Source of the DNA: Zygnema circumcarinatum SAG 698-1b
Taxonomy: Eukaryota; Plantae; Zygnematophyceae
Direction of reading: 5' to 3'
Length of the DNA: 64,000 bases
Assembly: GCA_037447605.1 (NCBI GenBank)
Contig: CM074815.1
Coordinates: forward strand, 744,001-808,000
The notes below the pieces were generated by a model. It saw nothing but the letters and a program-made list of their open reading frames with translations, made no database searches and was not told where the DNA came from. Positions 13,901 through 26,960 of this stretch are shown in pieces (position 1 is the first letter of the stretch; each line of letters starts with the position of its first letter). The position numbers and the translations under genes were made by a program.

Positions 13901-14245
13901 TCGAGATGCGGCCCGGAAGCCCTCCCTCCGGCCCGATCTTGGCTACCTTTTATCGACAACGTATTTCCGTCGCCCTTCAGCGTTGCCTCGCTTCTACGCT
14001 ACTTCGGCGTGCTGCAGTTGTTGGTGACCGTGTTGGTGGACTTCCGCCGCTCCCTCCTCGCGACGTGCCTCACATCGGTGACCTTCGCGGCTGCTTTTAG
14101 GGCTGCGTTGTTGTGCCTAGGCGTAGTTTTCCGCTCCTAGCTTCGTTTTATTGTGTTTCGGTCCTTTGTGACCAGTCCTTCGTGGTTCCACATTTTGCCT
14201 TTATCCATGTAAATTTGATGGCCTCGCCATCGCGAGTTCAATGAA
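10980..14245 (+). mobile_element. Decayed non-LTR retrotransposon, CRE-like clade (zinc finger + RT + restriction-like endonuclease), multiply frameshifted
   Basis: C2H2-like CDHCGNCFGQGAGLSRHMR (~10990-11045). RT motifs HIAVGEVWQRM, QFGVATPGGCEAVV, VLQVDVTNAFNTVDR, TGTRQ..PLGGPLFALAH and VADDTHIIG (11940-12480). C-terminal CVCGDSID, KPD and FVPMAV remnants (13445-13835). Stop at 14140, then a short 3' UTR. Confidence 0.85.
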
Positions 14246-16339
14246 AGTTTGCGTTCCTTCCCTCCTCCCACATTAAACCACTTAGCAGTCAAGGAAATCC
14301 AATAACGATTCGACACGTGATCCCAAGGCGAGTCGCGATTGGTCATTCTTGAATCCAGCTGGCAGTGGAGACAAGCAATTGAAGCAGATTCGTCGGTTTG
14401 TGCAAGTTCCATGTGTTGCAGCTAGCAGCCGTTCAGTTCAGAAATTGAGCAATTTTTTTTGCTGAATTTTGCACTGCAAAGTTTGTGGGCCGTTTGAAGC
14501 GCAAAAAGGGCGTCGTCGAGTGCCGGAGAATCTCGGGATTGCGTCATGATGATGTCACGTAAGGACCTCTAAGGCGCTCCCATTGGCTGGCCGGCCGCAC
14601 ACGCTTGGCCGGCCGCGACTGTGACCGATAGTGTACGAACGTCCCATTGCCTTGACTTCTCTCGCGTCAGTAACTGACCTGATGATGTCACCAATAGTGG
14701 CCCTGTCCCAAGGCGGAGAGATTCTTGTCGTACTGACCAGCTCTGAAATGACGTCATACATGACGTGACATCCACCCCCGGCCGACGACGGCCCCTCAGC
14801 ATTGCTAGTGACTTCAATAAGCGACAAAAATAGATGACAGATTGGACGTTGGCTGACGTCTATTTTGTCGCTTATAGCCCTCTGTTTGACAGTACACCTC
14901 CAACAATACTAGTAATGTTTTGTCGTATTGTAAGATTCGGCGTTTGGATTCATTCCGAGAAATAACTGTCGGATCCACCGTCGATATATGCCTGCGTCAG
15001 CACACGCCAGCTTCGTGAAAATATCAAACGGGCGACAAATCAGAGAGCTTTCGCTGGTGCAAGCTGACAAAAACGCTGTACAAATACCGTACGACATTGT
15101 TTGTCCGATGCGTCCGCCACCAATATGCGACAAAAGTCTCTCCCCGAAGCTGCGCCGAGCCCTCCCAGCCGCGCGACGTGCTACGTGGCGCGCTGCCAAT
15201 GGAGCCGCCACATCTACCACAAATAATGAGTGACGTTTCACAATCCCAGCTGTCCAAATACTTGGTGGACCCTCACGTGGTGAGAATCGGACCGTTCGTC
15301 TCGCCTGCTTTGACCAGGATTCGCAACTCAAAACCTCCAAAAATATTCGTTCATTTTAAGAAAACTTTTGTATTCCTGCCCTAAGGAGCTTTTGGCCGCC
15401 CAAATGTCTACAAACATATTGCCAATTTGATTCATCCCACGAATCTCATCAAGTTTCTGTACGGATCAAACGTCCCGCTGTACTTTTTCCCAGCGAAATT
15501 TTACCCCCTTTATTTTTTCTAAGCCTGACCTTTATTTCTTCCCGGCATTTTAATTTCCCATTTTCGTAAAACCACAAACTGGTTGTTCAAAAGTGCCAAC
15601 CGCCAGTGTTTGGTTGAAAACTGAGAGGGGAGCTCGTGAAGCAGGGAGAGCCTCCTCCAGCCATGGCTTCCCAGGGAGGGGAGGGGGGAGGGCCGGAGGG
15701 CGGCAGATAAGGCGGGCAGCCATGGCGGAGGGGAGGCCATAGCTGAAGAGAGCTTACTCTGCTTCCGTCAATACTGCTGCTCCTGCTTCCTCCACGTATC
15801 ACCTTCTAGCGCCTTTTCAAGGATTATATTTTATAAGAAGGTAGCTCAATGGCTTCAGAAAAGACTCGTTTTGGAAGAAATTTAGCTTTTCTTATTTCCA
15901 TGTATTTAGGTTTGAATGGATGAAGGAGGCCATGTCTGGGAGGTGCAGTCGTGGCAGCATGCATCAATGTTCAGCTTTTCTTGGAATAGCTTATATTTCA
16001 GACTTGCATTCTAGAGCAGATGCAGCTGCATGCTGTACAGATTCACTCTGAAACCATTTTTTTGGTAGATTTTGCGCAATAATCTGGAAAATTTTCAGCA
16101 CCTGGTCGTCAACTGTCAACATGACAAAGCATTTTGGCATAATTGGAGCTGAAAGTGCTTGACTGGGGTTGCAAACCTCCCAGCAAATGACTGCTTGCAT
16201 CTGATTTGGCTCAATTTTTTTTATCATTGCTGCTGATGTAATGACCTTCAAAGCCTCCTCCTCCGCTCTCCTCTTGTCATGTGCAGAAAGGCTGTGCCGG
16301 CCCTGAAGAGTAGAATTCTCACATTCTGAAAGTAAGCGA

Positions 16340-19272
16340 ATGGGTAATTGTAAAGATGAAGCTGCGTATGAAGGTGTGTGGGAGAAGGGCTGCATTCCCA
16401 AAGAAGGCTGGTGCTGTGTGAGGGAGCCGCTGCTTGCAGACCAGAGAGGCATCGTTTTGGTTCTCCTCTGCCAGGCCCTGGCCCTTCTTCTGCATCCAGA
16501 AAGCAGCCATGGCGGGCGAGAAGGGAAGCTCAGCATGCTCGCAGAAGCAGCAACTCTCGAGTCTGTCGGAATAATTGCAGCAGTGCTCTGGTTGTCTGTT
16601 ACTGGTCTTTTGGGGAACACAGAATGGTACGGAAGAAACAGGGGGTCCCTTATTATAATATGTCATGCAGCAATTTCGATGACGAATGCGGTGGAAGTGC
16701 ATCGGTTTCCGAATGCTCCATGGACCAATGCGCTGCTTTACTGTACAGCTCCATCGCTCGCCTCTGCTTTGAGCCACTCTGGAATGTGGCCGGAGCTTTT
16801 CAGCCGACTTGCTGCACAGGTGACAATTTTCTTCACCCAAATTTTTTCATGATGATGGTGTTCCTCTGCTAGGGGGTCTCTCTCTACATTTGAAGGTTCA
16901 CTGTCAACTGCAGAGTGGTTAGGATGTTATGCAGGCTCTTTCAATTTGCGAAGCGATTTGGGGGGATTTGCAGGTAGTAGCATTTGGAGCCGTGCTTCTT
17001 TTCCTCGGCGATCGTGCGGCGATATCCACAAGTCTTCCACTTATAACTGCTACGAGTTTAGCATCAGGTTTGTTGGCGAGCTGCTGGAGAGGAGATGCTT
17101 GGAGCTTGGAAATCAATCCGCTTCAGTATGCGTGGGAAGGAAGGCTTCTCCCTCCTCACACCAAAGCTATCAGTGAGAACGTAAAACCTAGAGTTCAAGT
17201 GATTCCGGAAAATATGGAATTCAATAGTCCTTTGCTACGTACAGAACCGGCGGTCACAAATTCACCTTCCGAAATTGTCTCAGAAGCTCAGGCACTGAAG
17301 ACAGTACCTGCCACTTCTCTGATTGAAAGAGAGACTGGGAATAGACCAGGTCATGCAGGTCTCCAAGCAGCTAAGCAGAGTATTAACATACGTTCTGAGA
17401 AGCTTCAGTCGTCATCTTCTCAGCCACTTAGGACATCTGAAGTGAAGCTGTGTTCGGAAGAAAGGTGCTGTGATGCTGAGATGAAGGGTCTACAGGTGGG
17501 AAATCATTCAGCAGCATTCAGGTTTTCAGAAATTGGAAACCGATTAGAGGGGAGTCTGGATGCTTTGAGTGAGGAAACTATGGCTATGATTCAGTCAGCT
17601 TGTGAGGCGGTTGCTGCTGCGGAGGAGGCAGCTGCAGCGAGATCTGCTGCGGAAAAAGTTGTCATTGCAGCATTGAAAATTGCAGAGTTAGAGAAGCAGG
17701 TGGTGGAGAATAGGGTTGCTGAGGCAAAGAATAGTGTTGAGCAGGCGATGAGGGCAATACAGCGGGCAGCACAAGCAAGCCGATTCAACGAGATGAGACT
17801 GAATGGGGCTATTGTGGCGGAGCTCATGACGATAGCGGCTTCGTCAAAAGGGCTTCAGGAGGAAGCTCTCAAGAAGTGGTTCATGATATCGTTCCGAGCA
17901 ATGAAGAAAATTTCTTTGTTGCGAAATGGGGCTGACAGAGGTTGCTTGAGAGAGGTGATGGTTGCTAAGGAGAGTAGCAGAGGCGGGCTGGAGAAGATAG
18001 ATAGTGAAGGTTGTAAGCTTGGAAGTGCTGGAAATTGTACTTCATATGGTGAAGAGAAGGAACAGCATCTGGGCGATTCTCGTAGTGGTAGTTGTAATAT
18101 GGAACGTTTTATAACATGTAGAAGCTCTTTGGGAAGAAAATGGCTTCCAGCTGCTCCGGGGCGGAGGAGATGGGTAGCTGTGAGACGAGAAATATTACTT
18201 CGTAGATCACGAGTGAAAATCCCAGCGGCGAAATTGTGTTTCTTATTGGCTAGACAACGGTCTGTGGAAGCAGCAATAGAGTTTGAAAGATTCTGCTCTC
18301 CTTCACAGCTGCCGGATGAACTCTATCTGAGAGTAAGTGATGATTGGACTGGAGGGAACTTGTCAATATGGGATGACGATGAAAAGACCGTCAGCTTTTG
18401 AGTATGACTTGTCGGCATCGCTTTCTTGCTTGATGTGTTTGAACTTGCCTTCAAATTGGACGGACATTGAGTGTCTGTTTTTTCTTTCTTATGGAGTGCA
18501 GGCTGAGGAGGAAATTGAATCGTTCGGCTATGAGGAGGCAGTGAAGGAATGGAGGCATCGCCAAGGTGAAGCCATAGCCTTAGAATGCATGCAGACCTCC
18601 TCCCAAGAGGGGGAGATATCTGCAGCCATAGTTCTATGCAGAAATGTGCGAGTGGAGCTGGCAGCCATGGGTATAGCTGCGGTAAGAAGGGAGCCATGGC
18701 TCGCTTTGGAGCACAGGTATGGGCGGCAGGGCCTTCTCCTCTCGCCTCTAGAAGCTTGCCTACCACCGTCTCTATGGGTAAACTATGCGCAAACTGGATT
18801 ACAAGACTCCAGAACATGGAAGAACGCAGTCAGATCGTCCTGGCTTGCAGAGCACTTCACCATGTCGGGAATGCTTGAAAGCATGATAGACAGTGTGAGA
18901 CCTGAGTTGGGCCCATCTCAGAAGCAGGCACTGAGAACTGCTGTGAGAGATATGGACAGAGTGGAGGCAGCTGTGAGAGCGAGATTCGAGGAGCTCTGCC
19001 AAGGAATTGCAGTTTGGTTGAGAGGGGCTCCCTCTGCAGCTGAATTGGACCCCTCACGAGGTCCGGGAGCTTTGATAGCCACTCTCGGAGAGAGGGTGGA
19101 GGGTCTCTTTCTGGAAGCTGCAGACAGACACTTTCAGCTCTTTGAATTCTGCAGAGCTGTACTAGTGCCGAGGCAGATGGCAAGCCTCTTGGTGGGATTC
19201 AGTGAACATATTCGCAAATTGGGACATGTGGGGCAGCTCTGGGAGCTGAAGCATGCCGGAGAATGTAGCTGA
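16340..19272 (+). CDS. Predicted membrane + coiled-coil protein with a C-terminal DOG1/TGA-like domain. Exons 16340-16819, 16935-18332, 18502-19272 (~882 aa); start codon uncertain
   Basis: Two GT-AG phase-0 introns join three long ORFs in frame. The last exon has a DOG1-like pattern (EAVKEW...LLSPLEACLPPSLW...LGPSQKQAL...E..V...FEEL...LFLEAADRHFQL...VLVPRQMASLL...IRKLGHVGQLW). Confidence 0.75.
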
Positions 19273-21158
19273 AGAGTTGTGAGGTTAAATAAGAAATTTT
19301 AACGAATTGGGGGCTCAAATTGCGGCTTGATTCGGGGTTCGACTTTGATATGTAAGCGGGATAAAACGTGGGGAGACCAGGAGAGTTGTGATTAGGATAT
19401 GAACATGCGAGAGGAGGTGGGATATGGGGCAGAACGAGGAGGTAAGCCTTCAGCAAGGGCCAAGGTAGAAAAGGACGACTCTGAGGAGCATTTTGGCGGA
19501 TTATATTCTTTTTTTCTTAACTCGATCTGGCCCGGCCGTACAGGGTGGCAGATGTTGTGGGATTAGCGTGAATAAGGCGGTACAGTAGGATACACGTATA
19601 GTTCTTGAGGCTTTTTTGTTATGAGGAGGTAGGCAGCTCTCTCCTTTTCTACCTTGCTTCCCAGCCCTCTCTCTCCCTTTCGATGAACGTCTGTCGTATA
19701 TTTAGATGCCTCTAGCGGTCGGAGTACAGCCTGGGCCTATCCATTAGATGTATGTTCTGGTGAGGACTCTACCCCTTCTGCTCAAGGCTGCAGCATGCAT
19801 GCCATGGCTGGCCATGATGTGGAAACCGGGGACATTCACATGGCATGACATAACATGACGTGATGTGGCATGACAAGTTAGTCAGCCGGAGCGAGCCAAT
19901 TCTACCATTGGCAACTTGAGCCGGCTACATGAGATCAGGAGGGCAACAAGGGTGGCGGAAGCTGGAGCGGCACATTGATGCTGAGCTGCCGAATGAGAAG
20001 CTCTAGATGTAGCAATATTAACAATTCCAAAATTGTTAAATTGTCAAATTGTTTTCCTTTGTTTTTAAAATTTACCGCCGATTGAGTGCTGTGCCATGTT
20101 CAATGTGAGCTACAAGAGTTTACTTCGATCTGTATTCAAGCTGTAAACGATGTGTGGGATCCTCCACGATTTATTGGTCAAATGTTTTTTGTAACTTTCG
20201 CGTAGAAATGCTACAAGTCGCTCTTCAGCACTTGCTGACTGATGAGGTATAATGAAAGTAATCAATACTTGAACGTAGCATTCGCACAAACAACAATATG
20301 TTGCCAACATTGACTCCATGGTTTAGTAGAGCACTTGTAAGTACATATATAACACTGGGACTGCACGTTGCCTAGCGCTGTCGGCAGAAGGCACGAACCG
20401 CCAACTCACTTCGTTGTTGAAAGCGTCTCCATGTAAACTAGTCGTAAGTTACAACATGAGACTATGCAGTTGAGCTTATGAATTCATACTTAGTTTTTAG
20501 TATGAGTTTATTATGAGTTTTTTGAGTTGTCATTATCAAGCTCACGTTTAACTGTTGTGATTCTACTTGTTGTTGTCAACCGCCACGTGCATAGGCTCCC
20601 AGGTAGTCAGAGATAGGCCGAATGAAAGACAACCAAACCAACGACAACAACAATGAAAGCAGCAAACAAAACAAAGACAACCTTGCCACTGAAAGGCATC
20701 ACAATGCAACATCATCTCAGGAGACGATAAGGAAATAAATGGAAATATATACAACAAGTTGCAAAGCGAGAAAAACTTCATCTCATAAAATGCTGAACAC
20801 GGCACAACCCGACGGTGATCATTGGAGAGTCAAATGAAATGTACAGACCTTGAGACACCCTCAATAGTAAAGTACAACCCTACCTTGGCTACATCTCCTG
20901 CACTTGACATGCATCTCACATATTCACATCAAATCTGACCTATTACTGATCCCTAAAACCCCTCAAAGAATCTTTGCAAGGGCAAACGCCTTTGTACAAT
21001 TGGAGAACTTTTTTCAAAGCAATAATTTTGTGCAGTGTTTCATGCTGTCCTGACATCACAGTCGTCACATTAAAGGAGGGGAAGGAGGGGAAAAAATAGG
21101 CTTGCCTGATTCAATTCACGGAACAAGCTTCACTTCACGGAACAAAAAATAATTCCCC

Positions 21159-24100
21159 TCATGAACAGTCGAAGTATTTGGGGTTGGTCGGCTGGTCATA
21201 CTCAATAGAGACCTGCCCGAAAACCACCCCATAGAGAAACTTTCACTCTCTCAAATTGAAGACAACCTTTGAAGCTTTCCTCCCACCCTCCCTGCCTCAC
21301 TTGCCCTCTCTCAAAACCACAATGATTCAAATGAATCTCCATTATACCTATTTCACAAACTGAGCCCGGACCTTCCGCGATTGAAGGCTAGCTTTAATAG
21401 AAGCGAGTTCTGTATTTATCTATGTCCACCTGAAACGTACCCCTAAAACGGACTGAACTTTTTATCACAAGGAACTTGAAAAAAGGTGCATTTGGTGTAG
21501 AAAATTTCTGAATTGAAACAATCTTCTTACAATACCTGGCCGTTGTCTGAATACGCTTGGCGCAAAGGGAACACCACCCTCAGCTCTCCATAGAGGTAGA
21601 ACTTCCGCTTATCCAACTCCTCCTTATCACTCACCTGCTCTTGTCCTATCCACGTGCCTCCATCGCCGCCTTCCTCCCCAACACAATCGCCTAAGTCTGC
21701 ATTGAGACCACTGCTCCTTTTACCTGACATGCCTGCTTCACTTCTACTTCCTGTATCCACATTTTGATGGTTGGCCCCCAATCTCCCAATATAAGATTGG
21801 CTATTGGAGACAGACGCAGTACCTTTCAGCTCTGCATTCTGCGATCTCTGCCCTTTTAGAGGTGGACACAAGAACTGTAGATGTAAGGCATACCTAAGGG
21901 CAGGACTTGGACCCCGAATCCTCCCTCTTCCACTTCTCTCCTGTACCCATCGTCCTTGTCCTTGTCTGCATCGCTCCCACGTGTCCGCAGTACTGCTACC
22001 CTCACTACCCCCTCCATCTCTCTCTGCACTCAATCTCTGATGTCCTATACCTTCACTACATTCAGATTTCTCCTTGCTTCCAGTTTCCCTTGATGTTGCT
22101 ACTTGTTTACTGTGCCCTTCTGGTCTCCGCATGAACTCTGTTCCCAGACTGCCATAGATGCCTTGCAAATCCTTTTGTGGACGCTCAGCTACAGAAGGTG
22201 AAACCAAAGCTTTTTGTCGCAAGAAGGTCTGTTGTATGTGCAGAAGTCAAAGGAGCTTGTGGTTAGAGCAAGCCAAAACTTCTTGCCTTGGAAAAGATGA
22301 TAAATCGAAAAGGGGGAGTCAGAAAGTACTAAAAAACTGCCTTTGAAATTTAGAGAACATGTGCATGCTTAAGGAGTAAAGTTGATGAGGGTACCTTTGT
22401 GCCAGGAGGCATGTCAGATAGGTCATAGCTGCAGAGAAATGTGTGTACAGGTGTTGCCTCTGGATTACTCACTACCTGCAATGCAAATACCCAATAGCTT
22501 TTTAAAAATGACCAAATTCAAGAGCTTTTAAAAATGACCAGATTCAAGTAACAGATGATCAAGTCCACCTGTGATGATTTGGCTTGCTGAACCAAATCAC
22601 ATTTAGATTCTGAAGCTGTTTTTGTTGGCAAGACTGTTGCCGACTTCAAAGGACTGCAAGTTTCCACACCACCAATCAATGACTTCTGGAGGGCCAATGA
22701 GCCAACGATGTAATTGTTGAGAAACAAAGAAAGATAGGAAGGAAGAAATGCAGCCTAAAATTTACCCAACTAAAATGACTTTAACCATCACGACGAGCAA
22801 CGTGAACGATCAAGCTATGGTTTGCAGCCCCTTCCTCCACCTTTATTCTCATTAACCACTACTAATGCTGCTGCCCTCATAAGGTTCAATACACCCATAG
22901 AAAAGGAGTTTAATTTCCAAAAACCATATTTATGATTAAGGATTTCCAGCAATATACCAGTTGTACTCGCCCCTTTGGGGGCACTCGCATTCGGTGGCGG
23001 CTTGACCCTGTACCTTCGCCAGTAAGTGGTTTTGCGAGAGGGATAGCAGCACTATACAAAGGAGAATCATCTGCCGGGTCTCTCGATGTTCCATATGCAA
23101 CATGGATGGCAAAAGGAAGCCTCCTTTGAGCAGGGGCCCATTCACCGCCTGTGATGTTAAGCACTCCCTTGAAACCTTCCACTCTCTGCATCCCCACCAA
23201 TAGAGCAATCCTAACAGTTAGCATTCACACGGAACATCTTTTGTTATCGACGTTAGATGAAGTAGAAGTTTTGGAAAGGTGCGGTTTGTTTTCCAGGTGC
23301 GAATGAGAAACTAGTTTATGACAGGTGCAAGAGCATACCACTGTATACTGATTGTAGACAATGCATTACTGGTGCATCATATGCCCCGGAAAGAGTGCGA
23401 TTTAGATTCTGTTGATAAGCAACAAAAGCTAAGGATGCTTTTTACCCATACTTGGCCTTTAGTTTACAAACTTAGAATGCTCACCCGCAAAGGTGCACCT
23501 GCCAGATGGGCTGACAATAAACTTTCTTCATACGATCCAACAAGCAGACGCCTTGCTCCTCCTCCAACACTAACATTAGCACTGCAACTACATCGCCATC
23601 CTCTCCTTCGTCGACTCCCACTCCTACTCAGTTCTGAAGGAGACAACTCTGAAAAGCATTCAAGCTTTGAGTCTAAACTCGAGCTGTCCAGTCCGTCATC
23701 CTCCCGAGACGAGCGACCATTGAAGGATCGACTTGTGATAAGTGACCTAAAAGGAGAAAGATTTGTACTACTATCGCTGTTCTCCAAAGAGCGGCAGTAG
23801 GCACATATTGAAGTTGGGTTCGGCGTGCTGGCTATAGTGTTAGAAAAGGAGCTACTATGAGTAAGAAGCCGGCGAGATGCAGACAAGAACTCCCCCGTAG
23901 GGAGACTGCCCTCCATAGAAGCAGGTCTATGCAAAGAAGATGAAGGTAAAACTCGAACTTCTGGTCCAGAAATGTCAGAAATTTGAGTTTCCTCATGTCC
24001 AGTTTTGCGGGGTCGGACAAATGGTAAAGTGGCAGCTGCTAAGGAAGGCTCGCCTGGTCCAAGGGGAGAGAGAGAGAGGGGAGGAATCGCATATTGAGAT

Positions 24101-25002
24101 TGAGAAGATAGAGATGAAGATGCCCGGGATGATGAGCAGTCGAATGGTGTCCTATCCCGAATTGCAGTGTTCATTTCAGGAATGTCGGAGTTCGCAACTA
24201 ACTGCTTTTGACCGGCCCTTTTACTGATACTAATTCCAACTTCATTTCGAGGTTTGGGGATCGCCATTGGCCTGCTACTTGAAGTCACAGACTTGTTGCT
24301 TTCCGAGTCACGACCTGCACTCTTAAAGGAACTCTCCATCCGCCCTTCAGTCTGTTCTCCTTCTCCCTCCAATATGGAAATGCCTCCCACCATCCACATC
24401 TTCGATTGGTTGTCTTTCTCCTGTACCTTTGTGACCCCTCTGTTGTCGTTTCCATGCTTGTTGAGCTCACTGCTGAGTTTGCTGCTTCCTGCTGCAATAC
24501 ACATCCAAGCCGACAGACTATTTTTTCAGAGTTGCAACAGATTCTTAAATTCAAAAAAGGAAAACAAACAGACCACCCTAAAACACCCCACTCTAAAAGA
24601 CTGATGAAGACATTTAACCCCAACCCCATACAGCACTTCCAGTGATGCATGGCACATTTCAGTGCTACAGTTCTCAGACCCACATCCGTCATTCCGTTTC
24701 CTAGTTGACCAATGCTGCTGCTTCAACATGAACAATTTCAGCGTCTGAATTCCTCAAAAACTCCAAAATTCATACTCTTCCAATCAAGTCAATCTTCCGA
24801 AAGTCACTGAAAAGTATAGCACAGCACCTGCTGCTCCATTTCCCTTCTCTTCGTCGTTGCTTGGCCACAGTTGACGTTTAACCCCTCCACTACGAAATTC
24901 AGGAACACCCATGACAGCTCGAGTTGATGGGTCATGTGCAATAGCGTTTGATACTTGTGGAGAAGACGACCACTCTCCATTTGTCACACTGAGAATCCCC
25001 AT
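21159..25002 (-). CDS. FAM214/ATOS-like protein (DUF4210 + Chromosome_seg). Exons 25002-24828, 24491-23485, 23185-22958, 22475-22395, 22228-21536, 21212-21159 (~745 aa)
   Basis: Motifs [36 protein letters not shown]|[27 protein letters not shown]|[25 protein letters not shown] and [12 protein letters not shown]. Intron phases are consistent; the first exon is less certain. Confidence 0.9.
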
Positions 25003-26782
25003 AGTGCAGACTGGCTGCTGTGGTTGAAGGGGACAAAAACAAACAAAAAAACCGAAAGGAAATACATGTGTAAGTGGCAAGCTTGCACTTCAAGAACCGT
25101 CAAGAAAAACTTGGTGTTTCCATTCACCTTACTAAGAAAGGAAAACCTCTCACAAATCATTCGGTGTGCCCCTGCGGTATTCATGCTAATGAAATGTTCA
25201 ACAAGATAAAGCCAAGCTTAAATAAGTTGCGTAAACCCAGTTTGATGGGGAAATGCATCCCTCTAATGAAAGACCTTGCTTGAGATTTGAAGGAAACGAA
25301 AAAAGAGTGTCTGACATTTGTATTGAGGCGTAATATATGAAATGGCAAATGACATGTTCAAAGAAGCACATAAGCTTAAAAATAGAACACCATCATCTAC
25401 ATTGGAGCCCAGCAAGGTAGTTGAATCAGTCGCCGAAAAAGAATGCACAGAACTGAAAGTGAATTTCAAAAAAAACTATCACGCCAGAAACATACATTCT
25501 GGAAAAAACACACAAAGTCGAAGACTCAGCTTTCATAGAGAGTAGTCTGGGTTAAGATTGTCAAGCGAAAGGAACAGACACACACTTCTCAATGAAATAA
25601 AGAAAAAAACTTGACAGAACAACATTCCTTCACTACACAAAATGGCGGAACAATGCTATAGTTCTATTCCACTGGGCCTCTCACTGTCTTCGTAAAAGCA
25701 TCTAGCTGCAACTGAACACATGCCTCTCTCTCCCGCTCCCTCTCTCTCCCCCTCGACCTCTCCCTCTCTCTCGCATGACCAAGCATGTGTAAGGGTATTA
25801 GATCCCTCTCCTTCTACCCCTCCCCCCTCTCTCTGAAAGACCAAGCATGTATGAGGATATTGGCACACGTATGGTTGACATCGTCCAAGCCAAAAAGTCA
25901 GAGGAACGAGCAAGAAGGAATGCCAACTGAGGACAAAGTTAGTTTCAGCTTCACCTACTGTACTGTGACACGACCTTCAAGAAATACAATGCGCAAGCTT
26001 TTCAAAGGGTGTTTCTTTTCTTCAACATATGCTAAACATTCTGTAAAACACCAGTTCAGCCTTCGACTAGTCAAGACCTTCGATACTTAGAGAAGAACAG
26101 TGCTCCCAAATAACGTGTGGCTCCGCCGCCCACAGCTTCTCATATCCCCTGAAACTGAAGATAGGAAGAGAGTGGGAAAAAAACTTCTCAACTATACCAA
26201 CAGCAATGAAACAGAGCTCTACAGCTCTTTCGCCTTATCATAGCTGAAAAAAGCCTCCTACAAACAGCCCACTAAGCTCGTTCTCTTGCATACATATCCA
26301 AACCCCAATTCCTTACCCTCACAAAAAGATTCTCTCAAGCATGAGGTCAAACTTGCACCCTTCAAACACTAAATAGCTGCCAAATAACAACACTTCACAC
26401 AAACATCCAGTTCCTATTTTCACATACTTGTCAAATACCTCAAAAATGCGAAATCTTCTCGAGGACGCGCCCTCCAGACCCCGAATTTTCGAGCTCCCCA
26501 CTCCCTCTCCCTCCCCNNNNNNNNNNTTCCCCTCCCCCTTCCCTTCCCCCTCCCCTTTCTTCTCCCTCTCCCTCCTGCAGCCCCCGCAGCATCAAAATCA
26601 CGCCACGGCCTCCGCAAGCAGGCGCGTCCACCAGAAGTTCGAGTATCCCAGCTTTCTCCTCCGCCATAGCCCCCCGCCACGTGTCCTGCAGGCGCCCGCC
26701 GCCGCCATGGCTGCCAGCTCTGCAGGGAGTGAGCGCGCTCTCCAAGACTCGTGCTGCCGAGGATCTCGAATAAGGGGAGCCG

Positions 26783-26960
26783 TGCGACACCATGCGACGA
26801 AATGCGACAGTATCCTACATAGTGTGACTTACTACGACCTCCTGCGACTCCGTGCGATGGATTGAGATGTGAACCGATGCCTGCGACATTGTGCGACCAA
26901 ATGCGATTATGATTTTGATACTGCGACTGACATGCGATTTGTTGCGACACAATGCGACGA
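26783..26960. repeat. Degenerate 10-bp-period repeat with a TGCGA(C/T) core
   Basis: Cores at 26783, 26793, 26803, 26843, 26853, 26882, 26892, 26902, 26922, 26933, 26943 and 26953. Confidence 0.8.

Noticed and set aside
8475-15525. Possible large TIR pair (ATAAAAGGGGTATATAAAATTTT vs AAATTTTACCCCCTTTAT)
   Set aside because: Short, AT-rich and imperfect, with no TSD identified.
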